32,000 nt of DNA from Longivirga aurantiaca (lineage in GTDB: Bacteria > Actinomycetota > Actinomycetes > S36-B12 > CAIYMF01), in NCBI RefSeq assembly GCF_042660085.1, contig NZ_JBHSTI010000008.1:300001-332000 (forward strand), written 5' to 3'. Positions 1 to 8,500 of the stretch are shown piece after piece. Each line of letters opens with the position of its first letter. Position 1 is the first letter of the stretch. Both the position numbers and the translations under genes were made by a program. The notes beneath the pieces were generated by a model. That model had not been told where the DNA came from, made no database searches, and saw only the letters and a list, made by a program, of their open reading frames with translations.

Positions 1-643
1 CCAGGTTGGCCAGCGAGCCCGTCCGAAGGACGCCCGAGGGGAACGTCTGGCTCAGCGTCCACTCGCTGGGTATCACCACGGTTGTCAGGCCCGCCGCGAC
101 CGAGGCCTGCGCACCGGTGGCGGAGTCCTCCACCCCGACGGCGGCGCTCGGGCTCACGCCCAGACGGCGAAGTGCGGTGAGGTAGACGTCCGGCGCGGGC
201 TTGGGGGCCGGACCGGCCGGACCTCCCCGCCCGACGACAGCACCGACGGCTGGCAGCAGGCCGAGCGCCTCGACGGCACGGGTGACCACCGAGAGATGAC
301 TGGACGACGCGACCCCGACGGCGATGCCCCGGGCGGCCGCCCGGCGCACGAAGTCGACGGCGCCAGGCATGGGCGTGGGATCCGCGTAGAACCGAGCCAG
401 CCCGTCCTCGCGGCGGCGCAGTAGGTCTGTGACGGCCACGGCCATGCCGTAGTGGGCGACGAGTGCAGCGTAGAGACGGCTCGCGGGGCGGCCGACGTGC
501 AGGGCGAACAGCTCACGGTCGAGGTGCGCCCCCTCGTCGGCAAGAATCCCTCGGGCGACGTCGAACGCAGCAGTCTCGCTGTCGACGAGGAGGCCGTCGA
601 GGTCGAGCACGACTGCGTCCGCCTCCAGCCCGAGCGTCGTCAT
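1..643 (-). CDS. HAD-superfamily hydrolase (beta-phosphoglucomutase/phosphatase-like); 3' end runs off the window
   Basis: This frame is absent from the ORF track because it is open at position 1. My translation from ATG (643-641) reads MTTLGLEADAVVLDLDGLLVDSE...GVASSS...PKPAPDVYL...GVEDSATGAQASVAAGL. That gives HAD motif I (DxDG), motif II (S/T), motif III (K) and motif IV (EDS). The start overlaps the upstream stop by 1 nt (TGATG). Confidence 0.8.
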   Translation of the reverse strand, partial: MTTLGLEADAVVLDLDGLLVDSETAAFDVARGILADEGAHLDRELFALHVGRPASRLYAALVAHYGMAVAVTDLLRRREDGLARFYADPTPMPGAVDFVRRAAARGIAVGVASSSHLSVVTRAVEALGLLPAVGAVVGRGGPAGPAPKPAPDVYLTALRRLGVSPSAAVGVEDSATGAQASVAAGLTTVVIPSEWTLSQTFPSGVLRTGSLANL

Positions 644-1584
644 CAGCCAGCGACGTCGTAGAGCATCGGCTGCTTCGCCAGGCCGCGCATCAGCTCCTCG
701 ACCGCCAGGACCCCGGCGCGCACGATGGCATCGACCGTTGCTGCCCCGCAGTGCGGGGTGAGGACCACGTTGGGCACGCCGCGCAGCAGGCTGTCATCGG
801 GCAGTGGCTCCTGCTCGAAGCTGTCCAGGGCCGCCGCGGCCAGCGGCCCCTGCACGAGTGCCTGCGCGAGGGCGGCCTCGTCCACGATGCCGCCGCGGGC
901 CGAGTTGACGAGCAGGCTGCCAGGTCGCATGGCGGCCAGGAAGGCCGCATCCACGAGGTGGTGGGTCTCGGGGGTGTACGGCGCGTGGATGGAGATGACA
1001 TCCGATCGTGCGAGCAGCTCGTCCAGACCGACCAGCGGGATGTCGCCGGCATCGGCCAGCGGGTCATGGCCGATCACCGTCATGCCGAAGGCGCGAGCGC
1101 GAACAGCCACGTCGCGTCCGATGCGTCCGGTGCCGACGAGCCCGAGGGTGCGCCCGGCGAGCTCGATGCCGCTCGGCCGGGACCAGGAGCCCGCGCGGAT
1201 CGCGCGGTCCATCGTCGTGATCGACCGCGCAGCCGTGAGCATCAGCCCCAGGGTGAGTTCGGCGACGGACGTGGTGGTGGCACCCACGGTGCGCGACACG
1301 CGGATCCCCAGCTCGTCGGCGACCGCGAGATCGACGTTGTCCGTCCCGATGCCGAACCGCACGATCGTCGTGAGGTGCGTCGCCTGCCGGAGCACGGGCT
1401 CGGACGCGTCGTCCACTCCGAGGATCACCCCCGTGCAGCCCACGAGGAGCTCGGACAGCTCGTCCGCGGTAAGGGGGCGCTGCTGGGTGGCGTAGCGGAC
1501 TTCCATGCCGCTCGACGCGAGCAGGTCCCGGTGCGGACCCGGCGTCTCGCGGAAGCCGCGAGGGGTGACGGCGACCGTGGTCAC
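643..1584 (-). CDS. D-isomer-specific 2-hydroxyacid dehydrogenase, NAD-binding (PGDH/GhrB/2-ketoaldonate reductase-like)
   Basis: 313-aa ORF. It has the Rossmann motif GLVGTGRIGRDVA....G, the catalytic R/E block NSARGGIVDEAAL, and the His in LTPHCGAAT. The GTG start at 1584 overlaps the upstream stop (GTGA). Confidence 0.9.
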   Translation of the reverse strand: MTTVAVTPRGFRETPGPHRDLLASSGMEVRYATQQRPLTADELSELLVGCTGVILGVDDASEPVLRQATHLTTIVRFGIGTDNVDLAVADELGIRVSRTVGATTTSVAELTLGLMLTAARSITTMDRAIRAGSWSRPSGIELAGRTLGLVGTGRIGRDVAVRARAFGMTVIGHDPLADAGDIPLVGLDELLARSDVISIHAPYTPETHHLVDAAFLAAMRPGSLLVNSARGGIVDEAALAQALVQGPLAAAALDSFEQEPLPDDSLLRGVPNVVLTPHCGAATVDAIVRAGVLAVEELMRGLAKQPMLYDVAG

Positions 1585-2147
1585 GAGGCCACGTATCGCG
1601 GATTGGGCCGGACCTCGGGGCCCTCCTCCCCTTCGACGACGATCACCGGGAACCCGCGCTCGGCGATCGTCGCGTAGTCGTACCCGGCATCGCCGATGTA
1701 GACGGCGTAGAAGACAAGGGGCGTGGTCCCGGTGTTCACCGAGCGATGCGCCCAGTGGCCGGGCACGTAGTTGGCGATGCCTGGGCGCATCTCCTTCGTG
1801 ACGGTCCTGCCGTCCTCGAGGGCCATGACGAGCAGCCCCTCTCCCGACAACGTCAGGTAGATCTCGGCGCGATCCCGGATGGCGTGGAAGTGCCCCTTCG
1901 TGAAGAAGTACTCGTCGCCGACCTTGCCCGGCGCCAGGACCGTGGTCGACGAGAGCAGGTTGTTCCCCGTCGGGGGCACGCGGACCTCGTGCACGGTATA
2001 GGCACCGACGCCCGGGTCGTCGATGTCGGCGACGAAGTAGCCGTCCAGGTCGGCGAGCCGGCGGTCCAGCACGTCAGGGTCAGGGACGAGCGCTCCGGTG
2101 GCGAAGTCGATCGTCACTGCGAAGGGTTCGAGGGGGGCAGATGTCAC
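1581..2147 (-). CDS. pgiA: Cupin-type (archaeal-type) glucose-6-phosphate isomerase
   Basis: 188-aa ORF with GTG 2147 preceded by GGAGA 7 nt upstream. By-eye alignment to the Pyrococcus furiosus cupin PGI gives long shared blocks. These are PGKVG-E-FFTKGHFHA--DRAE-Y, YVP--WAHR-VN-G--P--F-A-Y--DAG-DY--IAE-GF, and a C-terminal NPR-. The cupin metal ligands (HxH...E...H) are present. Confidence 0.85.
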   Translation of the reverse strand: MTSAPLEPFAVTIDFATGALVPDPDVLDRRLADLDGYFVADIDDPGVGAYTVHEVRVPPTGNNLLSSTTVLAPGKVGDEYFFTKGHFHAIRDRAEIYLTLSGEGLLVMALEDGRTVTKEMRPGIANYVPGHWAHRSVNTGTTPLVFYAVYIGDAGYDYATIAERGFPVIVVEGEEGPEVRPNPRYVAS

Positions 2148-2173
2148 GGCGGTTCTCCGGTCTCGATGGTTGC

Positions 2174-3370
2174 TCAGGCGCGCAGGGCTGTCTGGAACTC
2201 CGTGTCCGCGAGGGCATCGCGCAGCACGCGCATCACGGTCTGGGTCCCGCCTCGCATCGGGTTGATGCGTACGGCGTACTTCTCGAGACCGGGAGTGGCC
2301 TTGAGGAAGGTGCTCGTGAGATAGGTGAAGAGCGGCAGGAACTCGAACTGCGCCTCCTCGCCGACGGACTGGCTCGGGGAGCCGTGGCGCCAGGCGGAGC
2401 GCAGGAAGTGCTCGGCTGCGGGGCGATCGAACAGCAGGACGATGCAGCGGATCCCCGGCTGTGCCGAGTAGGCACCGGCCAGGAACGGCAGGTCACCGGC
2501 CGCGATCCCGGCGTTGATCTCGTCGACTGCCCGCAGGATGGTCTGGTTCTGGATCGCCAGCGCGACCGGCGCGTAGATCAGGGAGCGCAATGCGGCCATG
2601 GCATAGGGCCCTTGGACCTGAGCACCGGCCGAGGCGTTGTCCCGCCGGATCCGGCCGGCGGAGTCAGCGTCCGCGAGCACGGCTCCGATCGCCTGCGGCG
2701 CCAGCAGCTTGAACAGCGACAGCGCGGAGGCGTCCGCGCCCATCTCGACCCCGATGCGGTGCGAGCGCATGACGGCGTAGTTGTCGTCGACGAGGACGCG
2801 CAGGTCATCCCCTCCGACGGAGCGGGCGAGCTCGATCGTCTCCTCGATCCCGTAGGAGTCGCCCAGCTGCTGGGGAACATGCTGGAGGTAGAAGGTGGAG
2901 GGGGAGTGGGCGCGCAACGAACGCTCGAGCTCGGAGGCGTCGTTGAAGTCGACGTACTGCACGTCCAAGCCCATGTGCTGCATCGCGGGCAAGGTGGTCT
3001 TGTAGGGATGCGCCTTGTGCAGCAGTATCCGTGAGCCCGGTTCGACGATCCCGTTGAGCATGGCGCGGATCGACCCCGTCCCCGCCCCGTGCACGAGGAC
3101 CGCCTCATCGGTCCCGAAGAAGCGGGCGAGCACCTCTTCGACGCGCGCGGTCGCCCTCGGTCGACCGCCTCCGCCGAAGCCGACGGTGGCGAGCTCACGG
3201 ACCTGGCCGTAGTCCTCGACGAAGACCTCGTCGGATCCCATGACCTGCGCGGCTGTCTCCACCAGCCGGAACTGGTGCTCGGTGGCGTCCTCGACCGACA
3301 TGTGGTCGCGGACGGCCGTCCGCTCGAACTGGTGAGAGATGTTCTCGACGAAGTCGCGGTCAGAGCTCAC
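2174..3370 (-). CDS. PLP-dependent fold-type-I enzyme, SelA/DgaE-like (possible amino-sugar-acid ammonia-lyase or aminotransferase)
   Basis: The ORF-track frame is 2174..3607, but its first 79 codons overlap the 3' end of the upstream aminotransferase and are R/S/C/P-rich. I start it at GTG 3370 (GAGG 8 nt upstream, 11-nt overlap); ATG 3301 is the alternative. Supporting motifs are VHGAGTGSIRAM, LVDDNYAV, and the candidate PLP lysine in GADASALSLFKLLAPQAIG, which resembles the SelA-family block GADLV-FSG-K-LGGPQ-G. The product call is tentative. Confidence 0.55.
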   Translation of the reverse strand: MSSDRDFVENISHQFERTAVRDHMSVEDATEHQFRLVETAAQVMGSDEVFVEDYGQVRELATVGFGGGGRPRATARVEEVLARFFGTDEAVLVHGAGTGSIRAMLNGIVEPGSRILLHKAHPYKTTLPAMQHMGLDVQYVDFNDASELERSLRAHSPSTFYLQHVPQQLGDSYGIEETIELARSVGGDDLRVLVDDNYAVMRSHRIGVEMGADASALSLFKLLAPQAIGAVLADADSAGRIRRDNASAGAQVQGPYAMAALRSLIYAPVALAIQNQTILRAVDEINAGIAAGDLPFLAGAYSAQPGIRCIVLLFDRPAAEHFLRSAWRHGSPSQSVGEEAQFEFLPLFTYLTSTFLKATPGLEKYAVRINPMRGGTQTVMRVLRDALADTEFQTALRA

Positions 3371-4748
3371 TGAGCACCTCGTCGATCGCGCGGCAGGTCG
3401 CCGACACCATTGCTCGTGCGTCAGGCATCGTGGTGACGAGCGCCGGGAACAGGGTGATGACGTCGCCGGTGGCGCGGAGCATGAAGAGGTTCTCCATCGC
3501 TCGGTCCATGACCCGGCGGCCGACGCCGGACTCCCGGGGGAAGGGAGTCCGTGTCGCGGCGTCCTGCACCAGCTCGATGCCGATGAGCAGCCCCTTCCCA
3601 CGCACATCGCCCACCCTCGGGTGATCGGCGTAGATGCGCGCGAACTCCGCGATCATCCACTCGCCGACCCGCTCTGCGTTGCCGACCAGATCCTCCTTCT
3701 CGATGGCATCGAGCACGGCGATGCCCGCTGCACAGGCTGTGGGGTGCGCCGCGTAGGTGTGGCCCGAGACCTTCGCCTGGCCGCTCGCCTGGTCGCCGTA
3801 GATCGTCTCCATGACGCGCGAGGTGGCGAGTGCCGCGCCCAGCGGCACGTAGCCGCCGGTGATGCCCTTGGAGGAGGTGACGATGTCCGGTGTGACCCCG
3901 AAGTGCTCGAAGCCGAACCATCGACCCGTGCGACCGATCCCGATGAACACCTCGTCGTCGATCCACAGGATGTCGTGGCGGTCGCAGATCTCGCGCAGCC
4001 GACGGAGGTAGTTCGCCGGCGGGACCAGGACGAGCGCAGCCGGGATCGCCTCGGCCAGGATCCCGGCGATCCGCTCGGGGCCGATGTCGAGGATGGTGGC
4101 CTCGAGGGCGTCGGCGCAGGCGTCGCCGTACTCCTCCTCGGTCATGTGGTCCGGACGTCGGTAGGGGTAGCAGGCGTCGACCTCGGCGAACCCCGGCGCG
4201 AGGGGCGCGAACCACGTGCGGAACTCGGCGTTGTCGCTCGCGCTGGCTCCGACCAGCGTCGTGCCGTGGTAGCCCGTCTTCCGGTAGAGGAACATGTTCT
4301 TCCCGGGATTACCGCGAGCGCGGTGGAAGCTCTTCGCCAGCTGCGTCGCGCTCTCGACGGCCTCCGAGCCGGACGAGACGAAGAAGCTCGTCTGTAGATC
4401 CGCGTCGGTCAGACCGGCCAGTCGCCTTCCGAGCTCGATCGAGGGCTCGTTGATGAACGTCCGCAGCGAGACCCAGTGCAGTGTCGTCATCTGCGCGTGG
4501 ACCGCGTCCGCGACGTCCACACGGCCGTGACCGAGGGTCGCGGCAGCCGATCCGCCCGACAGGCCGTCGAGGTACTCGTTCCCGTCCATGTCGGTGACGT
4601 ATACGCCGCTCGCGGACACAGCCAGCGGGCCGCGACCCGTGCGCGTCGCGGCGGCTGAGACTCCATGACGCCAGACGTAGCGGATCGAATCCTCGACGAG
4701 GGCTTCTATTTGCTCGTCCGATGCCCTATTTTTGTCGACCACGGACAC
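3360..4748 (-). CDS. Class-III (omega) aminotransferase
   Basis: 462-aa ORF with GTG 4748 and AGGAGGG 5-6 nt upstream. Class-III blocks are SSGSEAVESATQLAK, WIDDEVFIGIGRTGRWF, and the catalytic Lys in VTSSKGITGGYVPLGA. Confidence 0.9.
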   Translation of the reverse strand: MSVVDKNRASDEQIEALVEDSIRYVWRHGVSAAATRTGRGPLAVSASGVYVTDMDGNEYLDGLSGGSAAATLGHGRVDVADAVHAQMTTLHWVSLRTFINEPSIELGRRLAGLTDADLQTSFFVSSGSEAVESATQLAKSFHRARGNPGKNMFLYRKTGYHGTTLVGASASDNAEFRTWFAPLAPGFAEVDACYPYRRPDHMTEEEYGDACADALEATILDIGPERIAGILAEAIPAALVLVPPANYLRRLREICDRHDILWIDDEVFIGIGRTGRWFGFEHFGVTPDIVTSSKGITGGYVPLGAALATSRVMETIYGDQASGQAKVSGHTYAAHPTACAAGIAVLDAIEKEDLVGNAERVGEWMIAEFARIYADHPRVGDVRGKGLLIGIELVQDAATRTPFPRESGVGRRVMDRAMENLFMLRATGDVITLFPALVTTMPDARAMVSATCRAIDEVLSEL

Positions 4749-4840
4749 TTGCCCTCCTGAAGACGTCGTAACATCATTATCACTCTAGCCCCGCTCGCGA
4801 CCGCTGACAACGCTCTGCCTCACACTCTGGAGCCCGCCGC
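4749..4840. promoter_or_regulatory. Divergent promoter region between the aminotransferase operon and the SIS/ABC/flavoprotein operon
   Basis: A 92-bp gap contains the only AT-rich patch in the neighbourhood (gtaacatcattatcac, 4768-4783). It carries the -10-like hexamers GATAAT (minus strand, 4781-4776) and TAACAT (plus strand, 4769-4774). CACTCTnG is repeated at about 4781 and 4823. No TSS data are available. Confidence 0.3.
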
Positions 4841-5887
4841 ATGACCGTCATCGCATCCACGCCGGGAGGCTGGATGGCTGCCGAGATGGCCGAGCAGCCG
4901 GAGCGCGTGCGCGCCGCCCTCGCGGGTGTGCGCGAGCAGGGCGGTGTTCTGGCACCCCTGGTGGCGTCTGCGCGTGAGGTGCTCGTGCTGGGCCGGGGGT
5001 CCAGCCGCTCCGCCGGCACCTACGCGGCCGAGGCGCTGCGGACGTTCGCGGGGGTCCCGGCATCGACGACGTCGCCGGCGCACCTCGCATGGTCGCAGCA
5101 GCGGCGCCTCGACGGAACGCTCGTCGTCGCGATCTCGCAGTCGGGCGAGAGCACGGAGATCATCGCTGCCGCACGCCGGGCCCTCGAGCTCGGCGCGAAC
5201 CTCGTCGCCGTCACCAACTCGCCGGCATCGGAGCTGGCGGGGCTGGCTGGCCCGCGGCAGACCATCCACTTCCGAGCCGGGAACGAGATCGCGGTCCCGG
5301 CGACCAAGAGCTTCACGTCGTCGCTGGCGTGCCTTCTGGGCCTCGCGATGGCCCATACCCCGACGGGTCTCGTGGACGCGGAGGCGGAGCTGCCGCAGCT
5401 CATGGCCGAGCTGCTGGCCGATCCCGACGCCACGTTCACCCTCGACGGCACGACCGACATCGCTTGCGCGGGTGAAGGATTCGCCGAGGCGGTAGGGGAG
5501 GAAGGTGCGATCAAGCTGCGTGAGACCCTTCGGATTCCCGTCGCCTCGTTCGAGACCAGCGAGTTCCTCCACGGCAGCATCAACTCTGTCCGGCCCCGCT
5601 CGACCCTGGTGACGGTCGACGCCGACCCCTCTGGCCGGAGCCTCGCGGAGCAGGCGGCCGTAGGAGCGGCGAGCAGAGGCGCCGCGACCGTGAGCATCGG
5701 AGCGTCGGCCACGAGCTCCGCCGGGCGCCACATCCGCATCCCGCAGGTCCCGTCCCACTGGGTTCCCTTCCTGGCGGTCCTGCCGATTCAGCGTGCCGCG
5801 CGCGAGGCCGCGATCGCTCGCGGCGAGGACCCCGACCGGCCGCCGGGTCTCTCCAAGATCACGAGGATCGCCACGGGTCCGGCGTGA
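4841..5887 (+). CDS. Double-SIS-domain sugar-phosphate isomerase/deaminase (GlmS C-terminal half / NagB-II / AgaS / FrlB deglycase family)
   Basis: 348-aa ORF. The first SIS repeat shows VLVLGRGSSRSAGTYAA and VAISQSGESTEII. The second shows EEGAIKLRE and ETSEFLHGSIN. There is no glutaminase domain. Confidence 0.85.
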   Translation: MTVIASTPGGWMAAEMAEQPERVRAALAGVREQGGVLAPLVASAREVLVLGRGSSRSAGTYAAEALRTFAGVPASTTSPAHLAWSQQRRLDGTLVVAISQSGESTEIIAAARRALELGANLVAVTNSPASELAGLAGPRQTIHFRAGNEIAVPATKSFTSSLACLLGLAMAHTPTGLVDAEAELPQLMAELLADPDATFTLDGTTDIACAGEGFAEAVGEEGAIKLRETLRIPVASFETSEFLHGSINSVRPRSTLVTVDADPSGRSLAEQAAVGAASRGAATVSIGASATSSAGRHIRIPQVPSHWVPFLAVLPIQRAAREAAIARGEDPDRPPGLSKITRIATGPA

Positions 5888-5969
5888 ATCCCGTCCACGC
5901 CGTCTCGAGCGAACTCGTGATGCAGAGGGTGCCGAGCGCCAGGCGCGCCACAACTGGAAGGAAGCGCTG

Positions 5970-7514
5970 ATGACCGAAGCGACACCACTCATCGACATGC
6001 GTGACATCGCCCTGAGCTTCGGCGTGGTCAAGGCGCTCCGAGGGGTCGACTTCGAGCTGCGGCCCGGCGAGGTGCACGCGCTGCTGGGCCAGAACGGCGC
6101 CGGCAAGTCGACCTTGATCAAGGTTCTGTCCGGCGTCTACCAGCGCGACAGCGGTGATGTCCGGATCCACGGCGAGCCGACCCAGTTCAAGTCGGCCCAG
6201 GAATCACGTGAGAGCGGCATCGCCATGGTCTACCAGGACCTCTCGCTGGTCCCGACCATGACGGTCGCTGCCAACCTGTTCCTCGGACGCGAACCGCATG
6301 GTCCGCTGAAGCTGGTGCGCAACGGCGACCTCGTGGCGAAGGCGCAGAAGTACCTCGACGAGCAGGGCTTCCCGGTGAAGGCGAACGCGACCGTCGACAG
6401 CCTGCCCTTCGCCTACCGGCAGCTCACGGAGATCGCCAAAGCGCTCATGGGCGACATCAGGATCCTGGTCCTGGACGAGCCCACCTCGGCCCTGTCCGCT
6501 GGCGAGGAGGAGATCCTCTTCGACGCGGTCAAGGAGGTCACCAAGCGGGGGGTCGGCGTCGTGTACGTCACGCACCGCCTCCACGAGGTCTTCCGCATCA
6601 GCGACCGCGTCACCGTTCTGCGTGACGGACTCAACGCAGGGACCTTCCAGACCGCAGACATCACCATGGAGGCGCTCGTCCAGTCGATCGTGGGGCCGGG
6701 CCACGAGAAGCTGACGCAGTCGACCCTGAGCCTCGAGGAGGGCGAGCGACGCGCGTCCCACGCAGCCGGGTCCAGCAAGAGCGCCACGCCGGTCATCGAG
6801 CTGCGGGATGTTCACAACGAACGGCTCCATGGTGTGAGCCTCGCCGTTCGTCCGGGGGAGATCCTCGGGCTCGCCGGCATGGTCGGCTCCGGACGGACCG
6901 AGATCCTCGAGACCATGTTCGGGCTGCGCCGGGCGGCCGAGGGCGAGGTGCGCTACCAGGGCGAACCGGTGGCGTGGCGAAGCCCCGCGCGCGCCATCGC
7001 CGCCGGCGTCGCGCTCATCCCCGAGGACCGCCATCTGCAGGGGCTCGTCCTCGGCGACACCATCGCCGCCAACGTGGCCCTGCCCCAGCTCCCCGGGCTC
7101 ACGAGGTCCGGCATGTTCGCCAGGCGCGAGGCGGCCCGACGTGCCAGAGCAGCGGTGTCCGACCTCAATGTGAGGACACCGGGCATCTCCACCAAGCTGC
7201 AGAACCTCTCCGGCGGCAACCAGCAGAAGGTCGTGTTCGGCAAGTGGCTCACTCCCGAGCCGAAGCTCCTGCTGCTCGACGAACCGACCGTCGGGGTCGA
7301 CGTCGGCGCGCGCGACGAGATCTACGGCATCATCCGCCGCTTCGCGCGGGCGGGCTGCGCCGTGGTGGTGATCTCCTCCGACCTGGTCGAGCTCGAGATG
7401 CTCTGCGACAACCTGGCTGTCGTCCACGACGGCCGCATCGTCACCACGGTCCATACGTCCGACATCGAAGGTGAAGAAGGCCTCCACCAACTCGTTCAGG
7501 AGTCAGCGCGATGA
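5970..7514 (+). CDS. Sugar ABC transporter ATP-binding protein, fused double NBD (CUT2, RbsA/MglA/XylG type)
   Basis: ATG 5970 has GGAAGGAAG upstream. The 59 extra codons in the ORF track (5793-5969) are R/P-rich and overlap the SIS gene. NBD1 has Walker A GQNGAGKST and Walker B ILVLDEPTSAL. NBD2 has signature LSGGNQQK and Walker B LLLLDEPTVGVD. The NBD1 signature is degenerate (LPFAYRQ in place of LS-G-QQ). Confidence 0.9.
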   Translation: MTEATPLIDMRDIALSFGVVKALRGVDFELRPGEVHALLGQNGAGKSTLIKVLSGVYQRDSGDVRIHGEPTQFKSAQESRESGIAMVYQDLSLVPTMTVAANLFLGREPHGPLKLVRNGDLVAKAQKYLDEQGFPVKANATVDSLPFAYRQLTEIAKALMGDIRILVLDEPTSALSAGEEEILFDAVKEVTKRGVGVVYVTHRLHEVFRISDRVTVLRDGLNAGTFQTADITMEALVQSIVGPGHEKLTQSTLSLEEGERRASHAAGSSKSATPVIELRDVHNERLHGVSLAVRPGEILGLAGMVGSGRTEILETMFGLRRAAEGEVRYQGEPVAWRSPARAIAAGVALIPEDRHLQGLVLGDTIAANVALPQLPGLTRSGMFARREAARRARAAVSDLNVRTPGISTKLQNLSGGNQQKVVFGKWLTPEPKLLLLDEPTVGVDVGARDEIYGIIRRFARAGCAVVVISSDLVELEMLCDNLAVVHDGRIVTTVHTSDIEGEEGLHQLVQESAR

Positions 7515-8500
7515 GCACATCCACTACCCCGGCGCCCGAGAGCCTGCGCGAGCCCAGGACCAACCCGTTCAAGGCCATGCTCAACAGCGACCGCCCCTAC
7601 CCGCAGGCGCTGGCTCTGGTCGTACTGATCATCTTCTTCTCGGTGATGTCACCGGTGTTCTTCTCGGCCGCCAACTTCGCCAACATCGGCCGGCAGACGA
7701 CGCTTGTCACGGTCATGGCGGTCGGCATGACCTTCGTGATCATCTCCGCGGAGATCGACCTGTCCGTCGCGTCGATCCTGAAGCTGTCGGGTGTCTCTGC
7801 GGCCCTGTTCATGCAGGAGTTCGGCGAGAACTGGATTGCAGGCGCCCTCGTGGGCATTGGGGTGGGCGCGCTGATCGGCTTCACCAACGGGCTGCTGACG
7901 ACGAAGCTGCGCATCCCGAGCTTCCTCGTGACACTGGGAATGTTGGGCGTGGCAAAGGGTCTCGCGTTCGTCATGACCGACACGGCTCCGGTCCTGGTCG
8001 ACAACACCACGTTCTGGAACGTCTTCTGGGAGGGCAGCGTCCTCGGCCTTCCGGTCCCGATCATCTGGACGGTGGTGATCCTGGTCATCGGCGGGGTCCT
8101 GCTGCACCTCACCACGTTCGGCCGGAAGGTGTACGCGACAGGTGGCAACGCGGTTGCCGCGCGCTACTCGGGCATCAGCACCGATCGCGTCAAGATCTAC
8201 TGCTTCATGCTGTCCGGCGTCCTCGCCGGCCTCGCCTCCCTCCTCTTCGCAGCACAGGCGCATGCCGCGCGCCCCGACTTCGCGGACGGACTCGAGCTCG
8301 ATGTGATCGCCGCCGTGATCCTGGGCGGCACCAGCCTCTTCGGCGGTCGCGGCACCATCATCGGAACCTTCATCGGCTCGCTGATCATCGGTGTGCTCAA
8401 CAACGGCCTCGTGATCATCGGCGTCAGCTCGTCGTGGCAGATCGCCGTCAAGGGACTGATCATCATCCTGGCGGTCGCTTTCGCGGCGCGTAAGAAGTGA
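7511..8500 (+). CDS. Sugar ABC transporter permease (RbsC/XylH type)
   Basis: 329-aa ORF that is hydrophobic throughout, with about 9-10 predicted TM segments. It contains the CUT2 permease block AVILGGTSLFGGRGTIIGTFIGS. Its ATG overlaps the ATPase stop (ATGA at 7511-7514). Confidence 0.9.
   Translation: MSTSTTPAPESLREPRTNPFKAMLNSDRPYPQALALVVLIIFFSVMSPVFFSAANFANIGRQTTLVTVMAVGMTFVIISAEIDLSVASILKLSGVSAALFMQEFGENWIAGALVGIGVGALIGFTNGLLTTKLRIPSFLVTLGMLGVAKGLAFVMTDTAPVLVDNTTFWNVFWEGSVLGLPVPIIWTVVILVIGGVLLHLTTFGRKVYATGGNAVAARYSGISTDRVKIYCFMLSGVLAGLASLLFAAQAHAARPDFADGLELDVIAAVILGGTSLFGGRGTIIGTFIGSLIIGVLNNGLVIIGVSSSWQIAVKGLIIILAVAFAARKK

Noticed and set aside
463-1677. 404-aa plus-strand ORF over the 2-hydroxyacid dehydrogenase locus
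   Set aside because: It is R/G-rich nonsense. The opposite strand encodes a clean NAD-binding dehydrogenase.
5793-5969. 59-codon N-terminal extension of the ABC ATPase ORF
   Set aside because: The extension overlaps the SIS gene 3' end, is R/P-rich, and lacks an RBS. ATG 5970 has GGAAGGAAG upstream and gives the normal distance to Walker A.
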